This document shows, in pieces, positions 35,701 through 47,849 of a DNA stretch of 64,000 nucleotides. The notes under the pieces were generated by a model, which ran no database searches, was not told where the DNA came from, and worked only from the letters and a program-made list of their open reading frames with translations. The stretch is from the NCBI GenBank assembly GCA_030704615.1, contig CM060733.1:63922001-63986000 (forward strand), read 5' to 3'. Position numbers and translations under genes: made by a program. This DNA is from Takakia lepidozioides (taxonomy: Eukaryota > Plantae > Bryophyta). The stretch's first letter is position 1; every line of letters starts with the position of its first letter.

Positions 35701-38700
35701 TCAAGGTTATCGTCCTAGCCAAAGAGGGTTCGAGGTAAACCCTTGCTCAAGGTGATGCCACAAGCGACATCATGAGCGGTCGCAAGCAATGTTGTTGCAG
35801 TAAGGCGATTCGATCCTCGGGGAGGATCGTTCCTTGGCCTTGAAGTAGGCCAAGAAGAGTGCACTGGGAGGAGCTTGAGAGGCTCCACCCTTGGCCGGGA
35901 CTTGGAGGAAGTCGGCCGAACTAGCTAGTGGAGAGTAGAGTCAAGTGTGGGATTTGGTTCTTTGCCATGGGACGCCATGGTACGGAAACAAACTCCTTGA
36001 TGTGGGACGCCACAACTTGGATGTTCGTTTCCACAAAATGGACAAGCCGATGAGGACATCGACTCCCTGTTGGTAGGGATGTGTGTCCCGGCCCTTTGCC
36101 TTGAAGGCAGGGGGGTCGGGACACAGAAGGGGCTGCCCCTGTGGTGGGGGCAGTGGCAGCGATAGGTATGGGGGGCTGAAGCACCCTTGAGTGCCCAAGG
36201 CACTCAAGGAGGCGGAGGCGCTCACTAGGTGGAGCCTCGCACACCGGGTTGCGGTGGGGGTGGCTCCACAAGGGGTGGTGGTAGCTTAGCGGGACTTAGT
36301 GGGGGTGGCATACGACTCACCCTGGGGTGGAGACCTCGTGGTGGGAGTCGTGGGGAGTCTTGGGACTCATCACGGTCCATAGGGGCCGTGGTGGGTGGGC
36401 CAAGACTCATCGCGACTCATCACCGGGAGTCGAGGGTATTCATGGTGGTTCGCCATAAAATGGCATGGTTGTTTGTGAAACCCCCGCGGACAGCTACAGA
36501 AGTATATATAGGGAGTAGTAACCCCGAGAACGGTGCAAGCCCGTTGGTGACCAAAAACTAGTGAGTAAGCGAGCGAGCCGGAAAGCGACCAAAGAGTGGG
36601 GAGCTGTTCCGGACTGCCAACTACCAAAGGGAATTCCGCTGGTTCCAAATCGTTGGAGGGTTCTTTGGGAGATCAAGGGGGGGAACGTTTTGTCCCGGTG
36701 AGCAGCCGAAGCTCCAAGTTGGCCCGGCGGCCAGGTTGGGAGTTAGGCGTGCGCATCAAGCGAGTAACTATGACTTGAGGGGGGAGCTTACCGAAGTGAG
36801 GTGGGCGACACCGGGTGCAAAAGTAGCCCCATCGTTACTCGCCTTCCTGCAATCCATGGCTTCAATTGGGTGTCCATGGCATCGAACTCCCGTTAGCTAG
36901 ACCTTGGATCACTTGTCAACCTCCCCACTGTCATGCCCCACTACCTCTGTCCAAGGCATCGTGGATACAACCATTCTCCACTAGGAACCTCCTCAAGTGG
37001 CGGTGTCAAGCATCCCATGTGCCACCCCTTTGAGCATTTGTCGCACACCAACATGGTCGCGGCACCACCAGCATGCCCACATAGCATGCAACGCAACCCT
37101 GCAGGTACCACTGCAAGGTTGTGATCTATCCTCCAATCCACATGTGGAAGGTGACATGGCGCACAATTGCGCACATGGTCCTTCCATACCATGCCATCTC
37201 GACCCTCCAGAATCAACACTCTTGAAAGCAACACCTCCTGGACCCTTAGAATCACACGACGTGCTGTGACATCCAAGGTCGTAGACGCTGTCTGTTGCAG
37301 ATACATATAGTCCCCAGGATGGAAACGCCAAACACTTGGCCGATATCCCCCTCCACGTATAGTGGCGTACCTCAATGTGTCTCGGTGTTGGGCAATAGCA
37401 AGGTTCTCAAAAGCCATAGGCATGACTCTCTTGAACAACTCTGCCCGTTGGGCACATGCTTGTGTCCACACATCCGGATCATCAAGGTTGAGGACTACTG
37501 CAGTCTCCCTGCAAATAGATGCAGGCAAATCTGGTTCTCGGCCAAAGAGAAGGAAATAAGGCGAGAACAAGGCAAGTGATGATTGCTTGCTAAACCTGTA
37601 ACCCATGGCCAACCAATGTAGCCGAGGGTCCCAATCTCCCAAGTGTCCCTTCTGCAAGCCATACTTACGCAAGCCTCTCTTGACTGTTTGCACAACCCTC
37701 TCGGCCAAGCCATTAGCCTCGGGATGATCCCGAGAAGTAGTGCGGTGATCTATCAAGGCTTGCTCACACAAAGCCTGAAACTCTCCCAAGAACTCTCTCC
37801 CTTGGTCCGTGAGTACCTCGGCTGGAGCACCAAATTGGCTAAGCACTCGATCTAAGAATGCATACGCAGCCCCCTCACTTGCCTTGTCAGGCAATGCCAC
37901 CAGTTCAATCCATTTGGAGAAATGTTCCACCATCACCAGCACATACTTGTTATGGCGAATCGTTAGTGGCAATGGGCCTGCGAAGTCAATACTCCAACGA
38001 TAGCCCAAACCCATAATGGGTAAAGGATGCAATTGTGGAGTAGGTGCATTGAAAGAAGCCCGCACTCTATCACACACCATGCACCTTGTCACTAACTGTT
38101 GCACATCCGTGTGCATGCCCCGCCACCAATACTGTCCTTGCAGCAAACTATGAGTGCGCCGCACCCCAAAATGTCCCAACTCCTCATGGGCATGGCGTAC
38201 CAATCGCGCTTGTTGTGTTGGATGAGGCACAATCCTCACTCATCCATCCTCCCATACTCGGAGTAGGTGAGTCCCCTCCTACTTGAACCTCTTGGCTCGT
38301 TGTAGGATCCGATCTCTCTCCTTACCAGTCACACTGGCTGTTGTCTCTCTAGTACAAAGGTAGGCCAACACTGCTGGATCTTCATGTACATCCTTAGCAC
38401 CACTAAGCTCCTCACTGATCTCTGGATCGTCATGCACACTATCTTTATGACCAATCACATGGGATGGACCAGCTTGAGCTCCCATTACTAGAATGCATAA
38501 AAAGGCAGATGCGTGCCATCTTGGCACCATCTCCTCATCCGTCTCACCATGCCAACAAGCTCATGTATCATCAAGCTCACTTGTGCATGGATTGCGACTC
38601 AATCCATCCGCATCCCGGTTGACTATTCCGGCTCGATGCACCACCTGGAAGTCGTACTCTTGAAGCATAAGTGCCCACCGTGCAAGCTTCCCTGTAAGCT

Positions 38701-41188
38701 TGTCTGACTCCATCAACCACTTCAATGGTTGGTGATCCGTGACAAGGGTGAAGAGATTGCCATAGAGGTAGCATCTAAAATGTGCCACTGCCCATACTGC
38801 AGCTAGACACTCCCCTTCATAGGAACTATACTTCACCTTGGCATCATTGTTTGAGCGGCTAGCATATGCCGCTACGAACTTTCTTCCCTCATCATCCACC
38901 TGTGTGAGCACTGCTCCAATCCCCAACATACTCCAATCCGTATGTAGCTGGAAAGACCGCCCCCGAATAGGCCGCCTCATAATAGGCGCAGAAGTCAATC
39001 GAGCCTTGAGTTCCTCAAAGGCTTCCTCCTGCTCCTCCTCCCACTGCCACTCCTGACCCACCTTGGTCAACTTGGTAAGAGCCTTTGCAATGCTGCTAAT
39101 TATCCCTTGACAAACCGTCGATAATAGTTTGTCAATCCCATGAAAGCATGAACTCTGCTAACATCAATGGGGCGTGGAATGCGTGCAATGGCCTCCACCT
39201 TTGTCTTTTGAACACCCAATCCTCCAGGGTATATCATGTGGCCCAGATACTCAATCTGGCTATGGAAGAACTTGCATTTCCCAAGGTGCAATTTCAACCC
39301 ATGCGCTCTCAAGCGCTCAAACACCACCTGAAGGTGTCTCTCGTGTTCATCAACCGTGGCACTAAAGATGATGATATCATCAATGTAGCACCGGGCGAAG
39401 TCTAGCCCTGCAAGAATCCTATCCATGACCCTCTGAAACTCTCCAGGAGCATTTTTCAACCCAAACGGTAGGAACCGCCATTGGTACAAGCAATCCTTCC
39501 CATGTCGGTCAATCCCCAAGAATGCCGTGATTTTGCTTTTGGCTGCTGCTCGCAGCCCTGATTTTGGCCCATTTGCTCCTGGTTTGGCATGTTGATGCTT
39601 ACTTTTGACTTATGTTTTGTTGCCGTTGATGGAGCATTTTGGCCTGGCAGGCCTCTCTCTTGAAGCACAACATCTGGACCTTACCTTGGCTTGAATCTTT
39701 GACAACATTGCCTGTGGATTTTTAAACTAGGTACAGTTTTGGCCTTAAAGAGGAATGATGGTTTAAGGTAAAGGCATCAATGATTGTTAGGTTCTAAAGA
39801 AGAGGAGGCCCTGTTTTTAAAGATGGCAGCCTGATAAGGCAATGACCGGCCTCTTTCAGGCCTAGATTTGATGTGGAATGGAGCATAGTGAGGTTCTATT
39901 TGCAGAACATGGCAGCCAAGTGGGCTTGGTCTCGGGCACTCAAAATGTATGTGTGTCCATATCTTGATGTTGTAACATGGCAGGCCTCTCTTCCATGCCA
40001 AAATGCCTTACATGATGCATATCTTGGGGCGACTGTATATGGTATAGAATGAAGTTGCAGTCTGTCTTGTCATGCCCAAAGTGGGTCACTTGGTTGCATG
40101 TTTGGAGTCTGATAAACTGCAAGCTGGTCCATCAAGATGCCTGTGTACATAGGTCTTGAATCTGTATAATGGCAGGCTATTCTTACCTACCCAAGAGGCC
40201 TTGCACGATGCATGTCTTGGGGTACTTACAATTGGCCAAATGTGAAGCTGCAATATGGTTTGTCATGCCCAAGAAGTTTACTTGGCTGCATGCCTGAAAT
40301 GTAATTAATTGTAGTCTGGTCCTTCAAGGTGCTTGTGTGTACATTCCCTGAATCTGTTGTAGGGCAGGCTGTTACCTACCCATGGAGCCTTGCATGGTGC
40401 TTGTCTTGGGTCACTTCAAGGTACCCAGCCTCTTTGATTGGCAATTGGTGGTAACCGGATCGCAAGTCCAATGTGCTAAACACCTTTGCATGCCCAATGG
40501 CATCAAAGATCTCCTCTAGAGTTGGCATGGTATATCTATCGGACTTAGTCTGACGGTTCACAGGACGGTAGTCCCCACACATCCTCCTTTCTGTCCAATT
40601 GCCATAGATATCCTTCTTAGCTGGCATCACCGTTGCCAAGGCATACTCCCCGCCTGACAACTCCACCAATCCAGCTTCGAACAACTCCATTATCCGTGAC
40701 TGGATCAAAGACCTCTCCATATCACTATACTTGTAGGGCCTTCAAAAAATTGACGTGTCACTTGCCAAATCAATACGAATCTCCTAGCCCTTCAAACTCC
40801 CCAAATCCTTCAAACCAAAGGCAAAGCAATTTCTATAAGCCTTTAGAAATCGTTGGATCCTCCACCTCTCTCCTCCGGTGACTGTAGGTCCAACATCTGG
40901 TTCCCAGTTGTCCTCAGTGACTGCAACCTTGGGTACACCAGGCTTGGAAGTAGGAGACGCATCCTTTGGTTGCTAAATAGCAACCTATTGGGTTTTATCC
41001 GCCCACCCTGACCGTGGCGTAGCCTCCACTTGCTCCGCCATAGCCACCTTGAGAACATCCTCTGGGGAAGAAACATTCTCAACCTCTTCAAAAACATTGG
41101 CCACCTTGGTCTCCAACTGATCCTCAGTGTATGGTTCTCCCCACTCCTCATACTGCTGCTTGAGAGATCCAATGACTCTCTCTTTGCA
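29726..41188 (-). mobile_element. Ty3/gypsy LTR retrotransposon with a PHD finger after the integrase; 3' LTR split by the chromovirus; 5' end lost
   Basis: RT ([33 protein letters not shown]), RNase H (LHTDWS, TDHQPLKW), integrase 36941..38239 (HEELGH..CMVC, SIDFAGP, TDQGREF, NGLAER) ending CMLC..CDKC..WHMGC..WLYPRC. PPT at 36919-36930; LTR = 29726-29862 + 36816-36918 (TG..CA on minus). An unrelated insertion of about 900 bp interrupts RT at about 39529-40426. Confidence 0.85.
29863..36810 (+). mobile_element. Full-length chromovirus (Ty3/gypsy, Galadriel-like), inactivated
   Basis: LTRs 29863-30588 and 36084-36810 (TGT..ACA); 5-bp TSD CCGGG (29858-29862, 36811-36815); PBS tggtatcagagc (tRNA-iMet) at 30591; gag CFNCGEPGHMAKKC, protease LVDTGAS, RT YIDD, RNase H, integrase, chromodomain YEVEAVLKSR..YLVKWKGY..SW; frameshifts and stops. 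The clade call rests on gag/RH motif resemblance only. Confidence 0.95.
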
Positions 41189-44100
41189 TGTCGCGCACCT
41201 CACTTCGGTAAGCTCCCCCTCAAGTCATAGTTACTCGCTTTGATGCGCGCGCCTGACTCCCAACCTGGCCGCCTGGCCAACTTGGAGCTTCAGCTGCTCA
41301 CCGGGGCATAACGGTCCCCCTTTGTTCTCCCAAAGAACCCTCCACCGATTTGGAACCAGCGGGAATTCCCTTTGGTAGTTGGCAGTCCGGAACAGCTCTC
41401 CACTCTTTGGTCGCTTTCCGGCTCGCTCGCTCACTCACTAGTTTTTGGTCACCAACGGGCTTGCACCGTTCTCGGGGTTACTACTCCCTATATATACTTC
41501 TGTAGCTGTCCGCGGGGGTTTCACAACCAGCCATGCCATTTTATGGCGAACCACCACGAAAACCCTCGACTCCCACCACGAGGTCTCCGCCCCCATGGTG
41601 AGTCTCATGCCACCCCCACTAAGTCCCGCTAAGCTACCACCACCCCTTGTGGAGCCACCCCCACCGCAACCCGGTGTGCGGGGCTCCACCTAGTGAGCGC
41701 CTCCGCTTCCCTGAGTGCCTTGGGCACTCAAGGGTGCTTCAGCCCCCCATACCTATCGCTGCCGTTGCCCCCACCACAGGGGCAGCCCCTCATGTGTCCC
41801 GACCCCCTGCCCTCAAGGCAAAGGGCAACACACACCCCTACCAACAGGGAGTCGATGTCCTCATCAACTTGTCAATTTTGTAGAAACGAACATCCAAGTT
41901 GTGGCGTCCCACATCAAGGAGTTTGTTTCCGTACCATGGCGTCCCATGGCTAAGAACCAAACCCCACACTTGACTATACTCTCCACTAGCTAGTTCGGCC
42001 GACTTCCTCCAAGTCCCGGCCAAAGGTGGAGCCTCTCCAGCTCTCCCAGTGCACTCTTCTTGGCCTACTTCAAGGCCAAGGAACGATCCTCCTCGAGGAT
42101 CGAATCGCCTTACTGCAACAACATTGCTTGCGACCGCTCATGATGCCGCTTTTGGCATCACCTTGAGCAAGGGTTCCCTGGAACCCTCTTTGACTAGGAA
42201 GATAACCTTGAACCAACCGTGCGCCCCAATCACTACAATTGGGTCCGCCTTGGAATGCTGGCCTGAGGTACGGGAACACGCCAAAGCCGCACTACGACTT
42301 CGTCTCGAGGCTACACGATTATAGTACGTGAACGGAAGCACGTAGCTTCCGCGTTAGCCCGCACTACAAGGCAACCCCCTCGGTAGCGCAGTTATAGTAC
42401 GCGCACGCGCCAGGTGTGCACTAGCACATGAACTCCCAAAGAAGGCGCAAGTTTCCTTGCCCCTTAGATGGGGGTCACCCGATTTCGGCACTACGCAAAT
42501 ACACGATTAACCCAATTTACCTCTCCCACTTTTATAAGCTAGCATGCATTCTACACACTAGCCAACCATACCATGCATCACCATTCCAAACAAAATAGGA
42601 CGCACAACATTTGGAATCCATTTCATTTATAGCACGTTTTGTACAATCCAAGTTTTTTTTGCAATCGGATTCCTAAGCTAGCTAAGCCGGGCTAAGCATG
42701 CATTTCCTCCCCCACGCTCCAAGGTTGATGTCCCCATCAACGCTTCTTCCGCTTTTGAGGTCGCCCTTCGAAAACTGCGACCGCCTCGGATGCGTTTCCC
42801 ATTTATGAGGCACGCACCCAAGATGCCTCCACATGATGATAGCCCTTCCATTTCACGAGATACTCCGTTTCTCGGTTCTTGAACCTCCTTGACTTAAGTA
42901 TTGCCTCCACCTCGTACTCACGTTCATTTTCATGATCCAACAGCATAGGTGGCGGACGCAACACTTGATGCCGATTCGGACGCGCTTCATCTTTGAAGTA
43001 AGGCTTCAAAAGGGAGACATGGAATACTGGGTGCACCTTGCTGTTTGCCGGCAGCTCCAATTCATACACATCCTCATTCATAACCTTCCGAATGCGAAAG
43101 GGTCCCGCATACGGAGGTACGAACTTCGGACTCACTTCCGGAGGTAGTCGGAAATTCTTGATGTTCAACCAGACCTCCATGCCTGCCTCAAACTTCACTT
43201 CCCTCCGCTTCCGATTCGCCTGCCTTTCATACCGTTTCCTAGCTTTGGCAATGTTGTACTTTGCGAGCTTCAACAAATGCTCGCGTTCTTCTAGTACTGC
43301 CGCTACTGCCGGTTCCTCAACGTCTTGGGCGGCCCAACTTGTCGGCACCAGAGGTGCTTTTCCATAGACCAATACGAAAGGGGAAACTCCCGTTGCGGAG
43401 TGTTCTGTGTTATTATAACAGAACTCTGCCGCGTCTAAGTGTTCCACCCAGTCTGTTTGGTCTGCCGACACGTAATTCCGCAAGATCTGCTTCACTACGG
43501 AGTTCTGTTAGAGGACTGTCGGGGACTTAGACACTTATACGGGATCTGTAGTGTACCCTTAATTTTTGCACAGACTGAGACCAACAGGAGCCTTAGGGGT
43601 GACAGCAGCGCACTGTAGAGGGGGGTTACACAGCCCGTCACAGTCGTCACAGCCGTCACAGCCAACACAGCCCGTCACAGTCGTCACAGCAGACACAGCC
43701 GACACAGCCGACACAGCCACACAGCCAGTCACAGCCCGACACAGCCAAACACAGTCGCACAGCCAGTCACAGCCCGTCACAGTTTCACACAGCCAGTCAC
43801 AGCTTGACACAGCTGTCATGATCATAGGGAACGAAGAGTAGGACAGGGAACGACTGTGGGGAACAACACCTGCGAAGGGAACATGTTAGTTCACAGACAC
43901 GGTTAGTGAGGGAAACGGTTAGAACCGCGGAGAGGAAGATAAAGGGAGAAACGGGGAATTGAGGGACATCATTCGGAGGAGGACTTCTTGGTGATAGAGG
44001 AGAGGGGATCGGGCAGAGATGAAGAACGGAAATGAAGATAGAGAGATGATGAATAGATGCTTGATATATGCAAGGCTGTAATGATATTGTAGAGGAGATT

Positions 44101-46159
44101 AGAGACACAATGGCTTCGGCCTGATACCTGATAAATCATAATCGGATACTTTTACGATACAAACACACTGTGTAGAGAGATCTGAGTGAAGCTGTGGAAT
44201 GAATGGATGAGTTGATGGAATCCAATAGATTGATAAAGCAAACTGATACTTAATTATCAATGGTAAGATAGTTAACATGAATACCAAAAGGGAAACAAAT
44301 AGGAAACACCCCCATGATACACTAGCTGTAGGTCATGACTGATTGTTCTGCGCGGGCTGAGTACTTAGAGATTTCCAACTCTTCAATCTTGGAGTTTCCG
44401 CCTCGAATAGCGAAGGGATGGGTGAGTAAAAGCCGCGCGACAAGTTCACTCTTTCTGTTTGGCCGTCGGTCGTAGGTCGGAAGGCGGTGCTCATCTTCAG
44501 CCTCGTCCCCATCTTCTTCCAAAGTGCCCTCCAAAATTTACTCGTAAACTTTGGATCGCGGTCCGAGACAATATCCTTCGGGACTCCATGATGCTTTAAG
44601 ATGTGGCGAAGTAAAGTCGCCATGTTTCCTGCGTCGTTGCCGTCTCCTTGGTGGGGATGAAATGATCCATTTTACTGAACCTATCCACCACCACCATGAT
44701 TGCATCGAATCCTTTTGACAACGGCATAGCAGTCATGAAATCCATCGAGACGCTTTCCCAAGTCCCCTCTGGAATCGGCAAGGGCTGTAACAGCCCCGCT
44801 TGCTTTTTGTACTCGCTCCGGTTTTGTTGGCATGTCGTGCATGTCTTGACATACTCCTCTGCTTCCTCCCTGAGTTTGGGCCAGAAATACTCTTTCTTCA
44901 AGAGTGCCGCGGTGCGCTTGGCTCCGCCGTGGCCTGCAAGCGGGCTATCATGGCATTCTCTCAGGAGGCTATCTCTGATCCCTCCCTTCGGCACATAGAG
45001 AGGTTTTTGCTTATACCGGAGCAGTCCATTTTGCAAGTGGAACTGCGATTTAACCCCCATCCTCAAGTCATGCATCACGGACTTCGCCAGCTCATCCTTT
45101 CGGCAAGCCTTTCGGATCTTCCTTTGGAGCGCCGTCTCGCCCTTGTACACCAACAAGAGCTGCTGCTTTCTACTTAAAGCATCGGCCACCACGTTGTCTC
45201 GTCCCGGTTTGTACTGGATATCCACGTCGAACACCGCCAAAGTATCTTGCCACCTAAGTTGTTTTGGGGACAACTTGGGCTGCGTGGCAAAATACTTCAC
45301 TGTGACATTGTCCGTGAACACCTTCACTGGGTTGGAACCAACATAGTGGCGCCAAAGCTCAAGGCAATGCACCACCGCCTTCATCTCTTTTTCGTGCGTA
45401 AGCCACCGTCGCTCCACTTCATTCAGTTTCTTACTTTCGTAAGCCACTGGACGTCCATCTTGCATAAGTACACCCCCAATCGCGAAGTCCGACGCATCTG
45501 TATGAATCTCAAATGGACGATCGAACTCCGGGATTTTCAAGACTGGAGCTTCCGCCATCCGCTGCTTCAATTCAGCAAAAGCTTGGCCACAAAATGTGTT
45601 CCATACCCAGACTTTGGATTTACACAGAAGGTCCGACAGCGGCCCCGCGATCTTGGCGAAATTTCTCACATACTTCCGGTAATAGGAGGCGAGTCCTAGG
45701 AAGGATCGCACTCCCGGGACCGAAGTCGGAGGCTCCCAGTCCAAGATCGCCCTCACCTTTCTGTCATCCATTTTGATCCCATCCTGTGTAATCACATGCC
45801 CCAAGAACTCCACTTTCGTGACCCCGAATTCGCACTTTGAAACTTTGGCGTATAGCTTCCCTTCCTGCAACTTTTGGAACACCCTTTTGAGGTGCTCCAG
45901 GTGCTCCTCCTTTGTTTTCGAGTACACCAAGATGTCGTCGATGTACACGATCACAAAGTCATCCAACCACTCTTGAAAAAGGCTGTTCATCAGCGTGCTA
46001 AAGGTCGCAGGTGCATTAGTGAGCCCAAAAGGCATCACCAAGAACTCGTATGAACCATACCTTGTCCTACACGCAGTCTTCTCCTCATCTCCTTCCGCCA
46101 CTCGAATCTGATGATAGCCGGAGCGAAAGTCGATCCGGCTGAAATACTTCGCTCCTGCC
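41189..46159 (-). mobile_element. Second, 5'-truncated copy of the same chromovirus family
   Basis: 3' LTR 41189-41830 (internal deletion); chromodomain/integrase about 42740-43500; RT-RH-INT ORF 44596..46101 nearly identical to the 29863-36810 copy; homology ends at about 46159. Confidence 0.92.
43506..44442. mobile_element. Solo LTR (937 bp) inserted in the chromovirus integrase; contains a (GT)CACAGC microsatellite-like tract at 43628-43815
   Basis: TGTTA...CGACA termini; 5-bp TSD AGTTC (43501-43505, 44443-44447); the sister copy is uninterrupted at this site (about 34421). Confidence 0.9.
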
Positions 46160-46655
46160 CCATGGCGCAGCTGTGGCCAACTTCACCCTCGAATCCAAAG
46201 CATCCATAGACTGCACCTTATTTTCTATCTCCGTAGATAGTGTCGATGCATCACCACTCTCACAGAGTTTAGCTGCTAGTCTGAGCACAGCAGCTGGCCG
46301 AATCCCCGGCATTGCAATGGTCATTGCAGAAAACAATGGAGCTTGGCAAACCGCCATAGCAGCCCCCAACAATGTACTGGCTGCACCTTGTTTTCCCGTA
46401 TCATCCACTGGCATCCCCCGAGCCATGCCAACTCTCTCCATCGTGTCCCACAACAATGGCACAAAAATGACTTGCACCCTCGGCAAGAATCCTTCTGACT
46501 CCGAGTCTGAACCTTCCTCAGAAGACACTGAAGGTGAAGGTGGCCTAAACCGCACACCTCGTCTTGTGTACCCACTAGTATTGCTGGTGCTCATACCGAC
46601 ACTCCCCTCAGCAACTGGTGGCACCTCCGTGATGAAAACTCACAACCCAACCGGT

Positions 46656-47420
46656 TGTCAACCTGTCTCTAATCCCCACTTTCTACAAGGTAACCGGGTA
46701 GATAACCTGTTGCGGCCTATGGCTTAGACTAGTACTACGTTCATAACATAAACCTACACCTGCACCTGCATCCACCGCAAGCACTAATATGGTCTGCTGG
46801 TCATCAACCCAGCCTCACCATAAGAGAAACAATGATGGTCTGACTGGTCATCACCCCAGCCTCACCACCGACAGCACGCTCTAGGATTGGCCGGTGAACA
46901 AATCTGGACCAACCTCCTATAAAAACAAGTGCCCACACAAAACTGACATGGCGCACAGTCAAGCATGTAGGTGTGGGGGGGATCCAAACACAAGAAAATC
47001 AAGACAGTAACTCCAAAAAAAACACTCCACAGTGTCGCTCCTGCAAGGACACCCCAGCCCAAACCCGGACTGACTCTTGTCTCCACCTACGGAAAGGTTT
47101 TGGCTTCCATAGAGGGTGGAAGACTACGGGGAAAAGAGACTAAAGCAATTCCTAATCCCAGAATGCTCTCATCCCACTAGTCTCCCCCTATCTCTAAACG
47201 CTCTTGCTCATGACCAACAGACATAACTACCTTCCAGGGTCTCTCGAATAACTCTCCAAGAGCCCTCAAGATGTCTCTCAAACAATCTTACTAAGGCCCC
47301 CAAAAAGTCCTTCAGACAAGTCGCCAAAGACTCCTTAAGCTCGCCAAATATTACCCCAAAATAGTCCTCCAAATAGCCCTCCAAAGGCTCCAAATGTTTG
47401 CCAAATATTGGTCTTCAAGG
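46656..47420. repeat. LTR-like repeat (inverted copy of 8960-9504), next to an unknown minus-strand ORF fragment at 46160-46624
   Basis: Shared blocks as listed for 8960-9504; begins TGTCA. Confidence 0.6.
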
Positions 47421-47549
47421 ACCTTCAATAGTCCTCCAAACAGTCCTCCAAACAACTCTTCAAGAGCTCTTCAAGTGTCTTACAAAAGCTCCTCAAAGGA
47501 CCCCCCAAAGATCCTCCAAAGGCAATACCCCTCCAGATACACCCTAGAT

Positions 47550-47810
47550 GTCATACACTTTTAATGAAAACGTATGGTAGGCAAAGTCTCTCCACTTGTA
47601 TCCATACTCTGTTCAAATAAGAGTATGGTGGGGCATAGGGAGCCCATACCTTGCTCAAAAAACGTATGTTGGGCAGAGGGGGCCCATACCTTGTTCACAA
47701 AAGTGTATGTTGGGCAGAGGGGTTCCATACACTGTTCACAAAAGAGTATGATGGGCAGAGGGATCCCATACCCAGTTTCTTAAAGAGTATGGAGACTAGG
47801 GTTTGTAGAG
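47550..47810. repeat. About 42-bp tandem minisatellite
   Basis: Units like ccataccttgttcacaaaagtgtatgttgggcagagggg repeated about 5-6 times. Confidence 0.75.
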
Positions 47811-47849
47811 TATAGTAAGAAACACCTTCTTCATGGTATCTTCCCCCCT

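Noticed and set aside
43559-43841. Cys/Val- or Ser/Gln/Thr-rich ORFs
   Set aside because: Translations of a CACAGC simple repeat inside a solo LTR.
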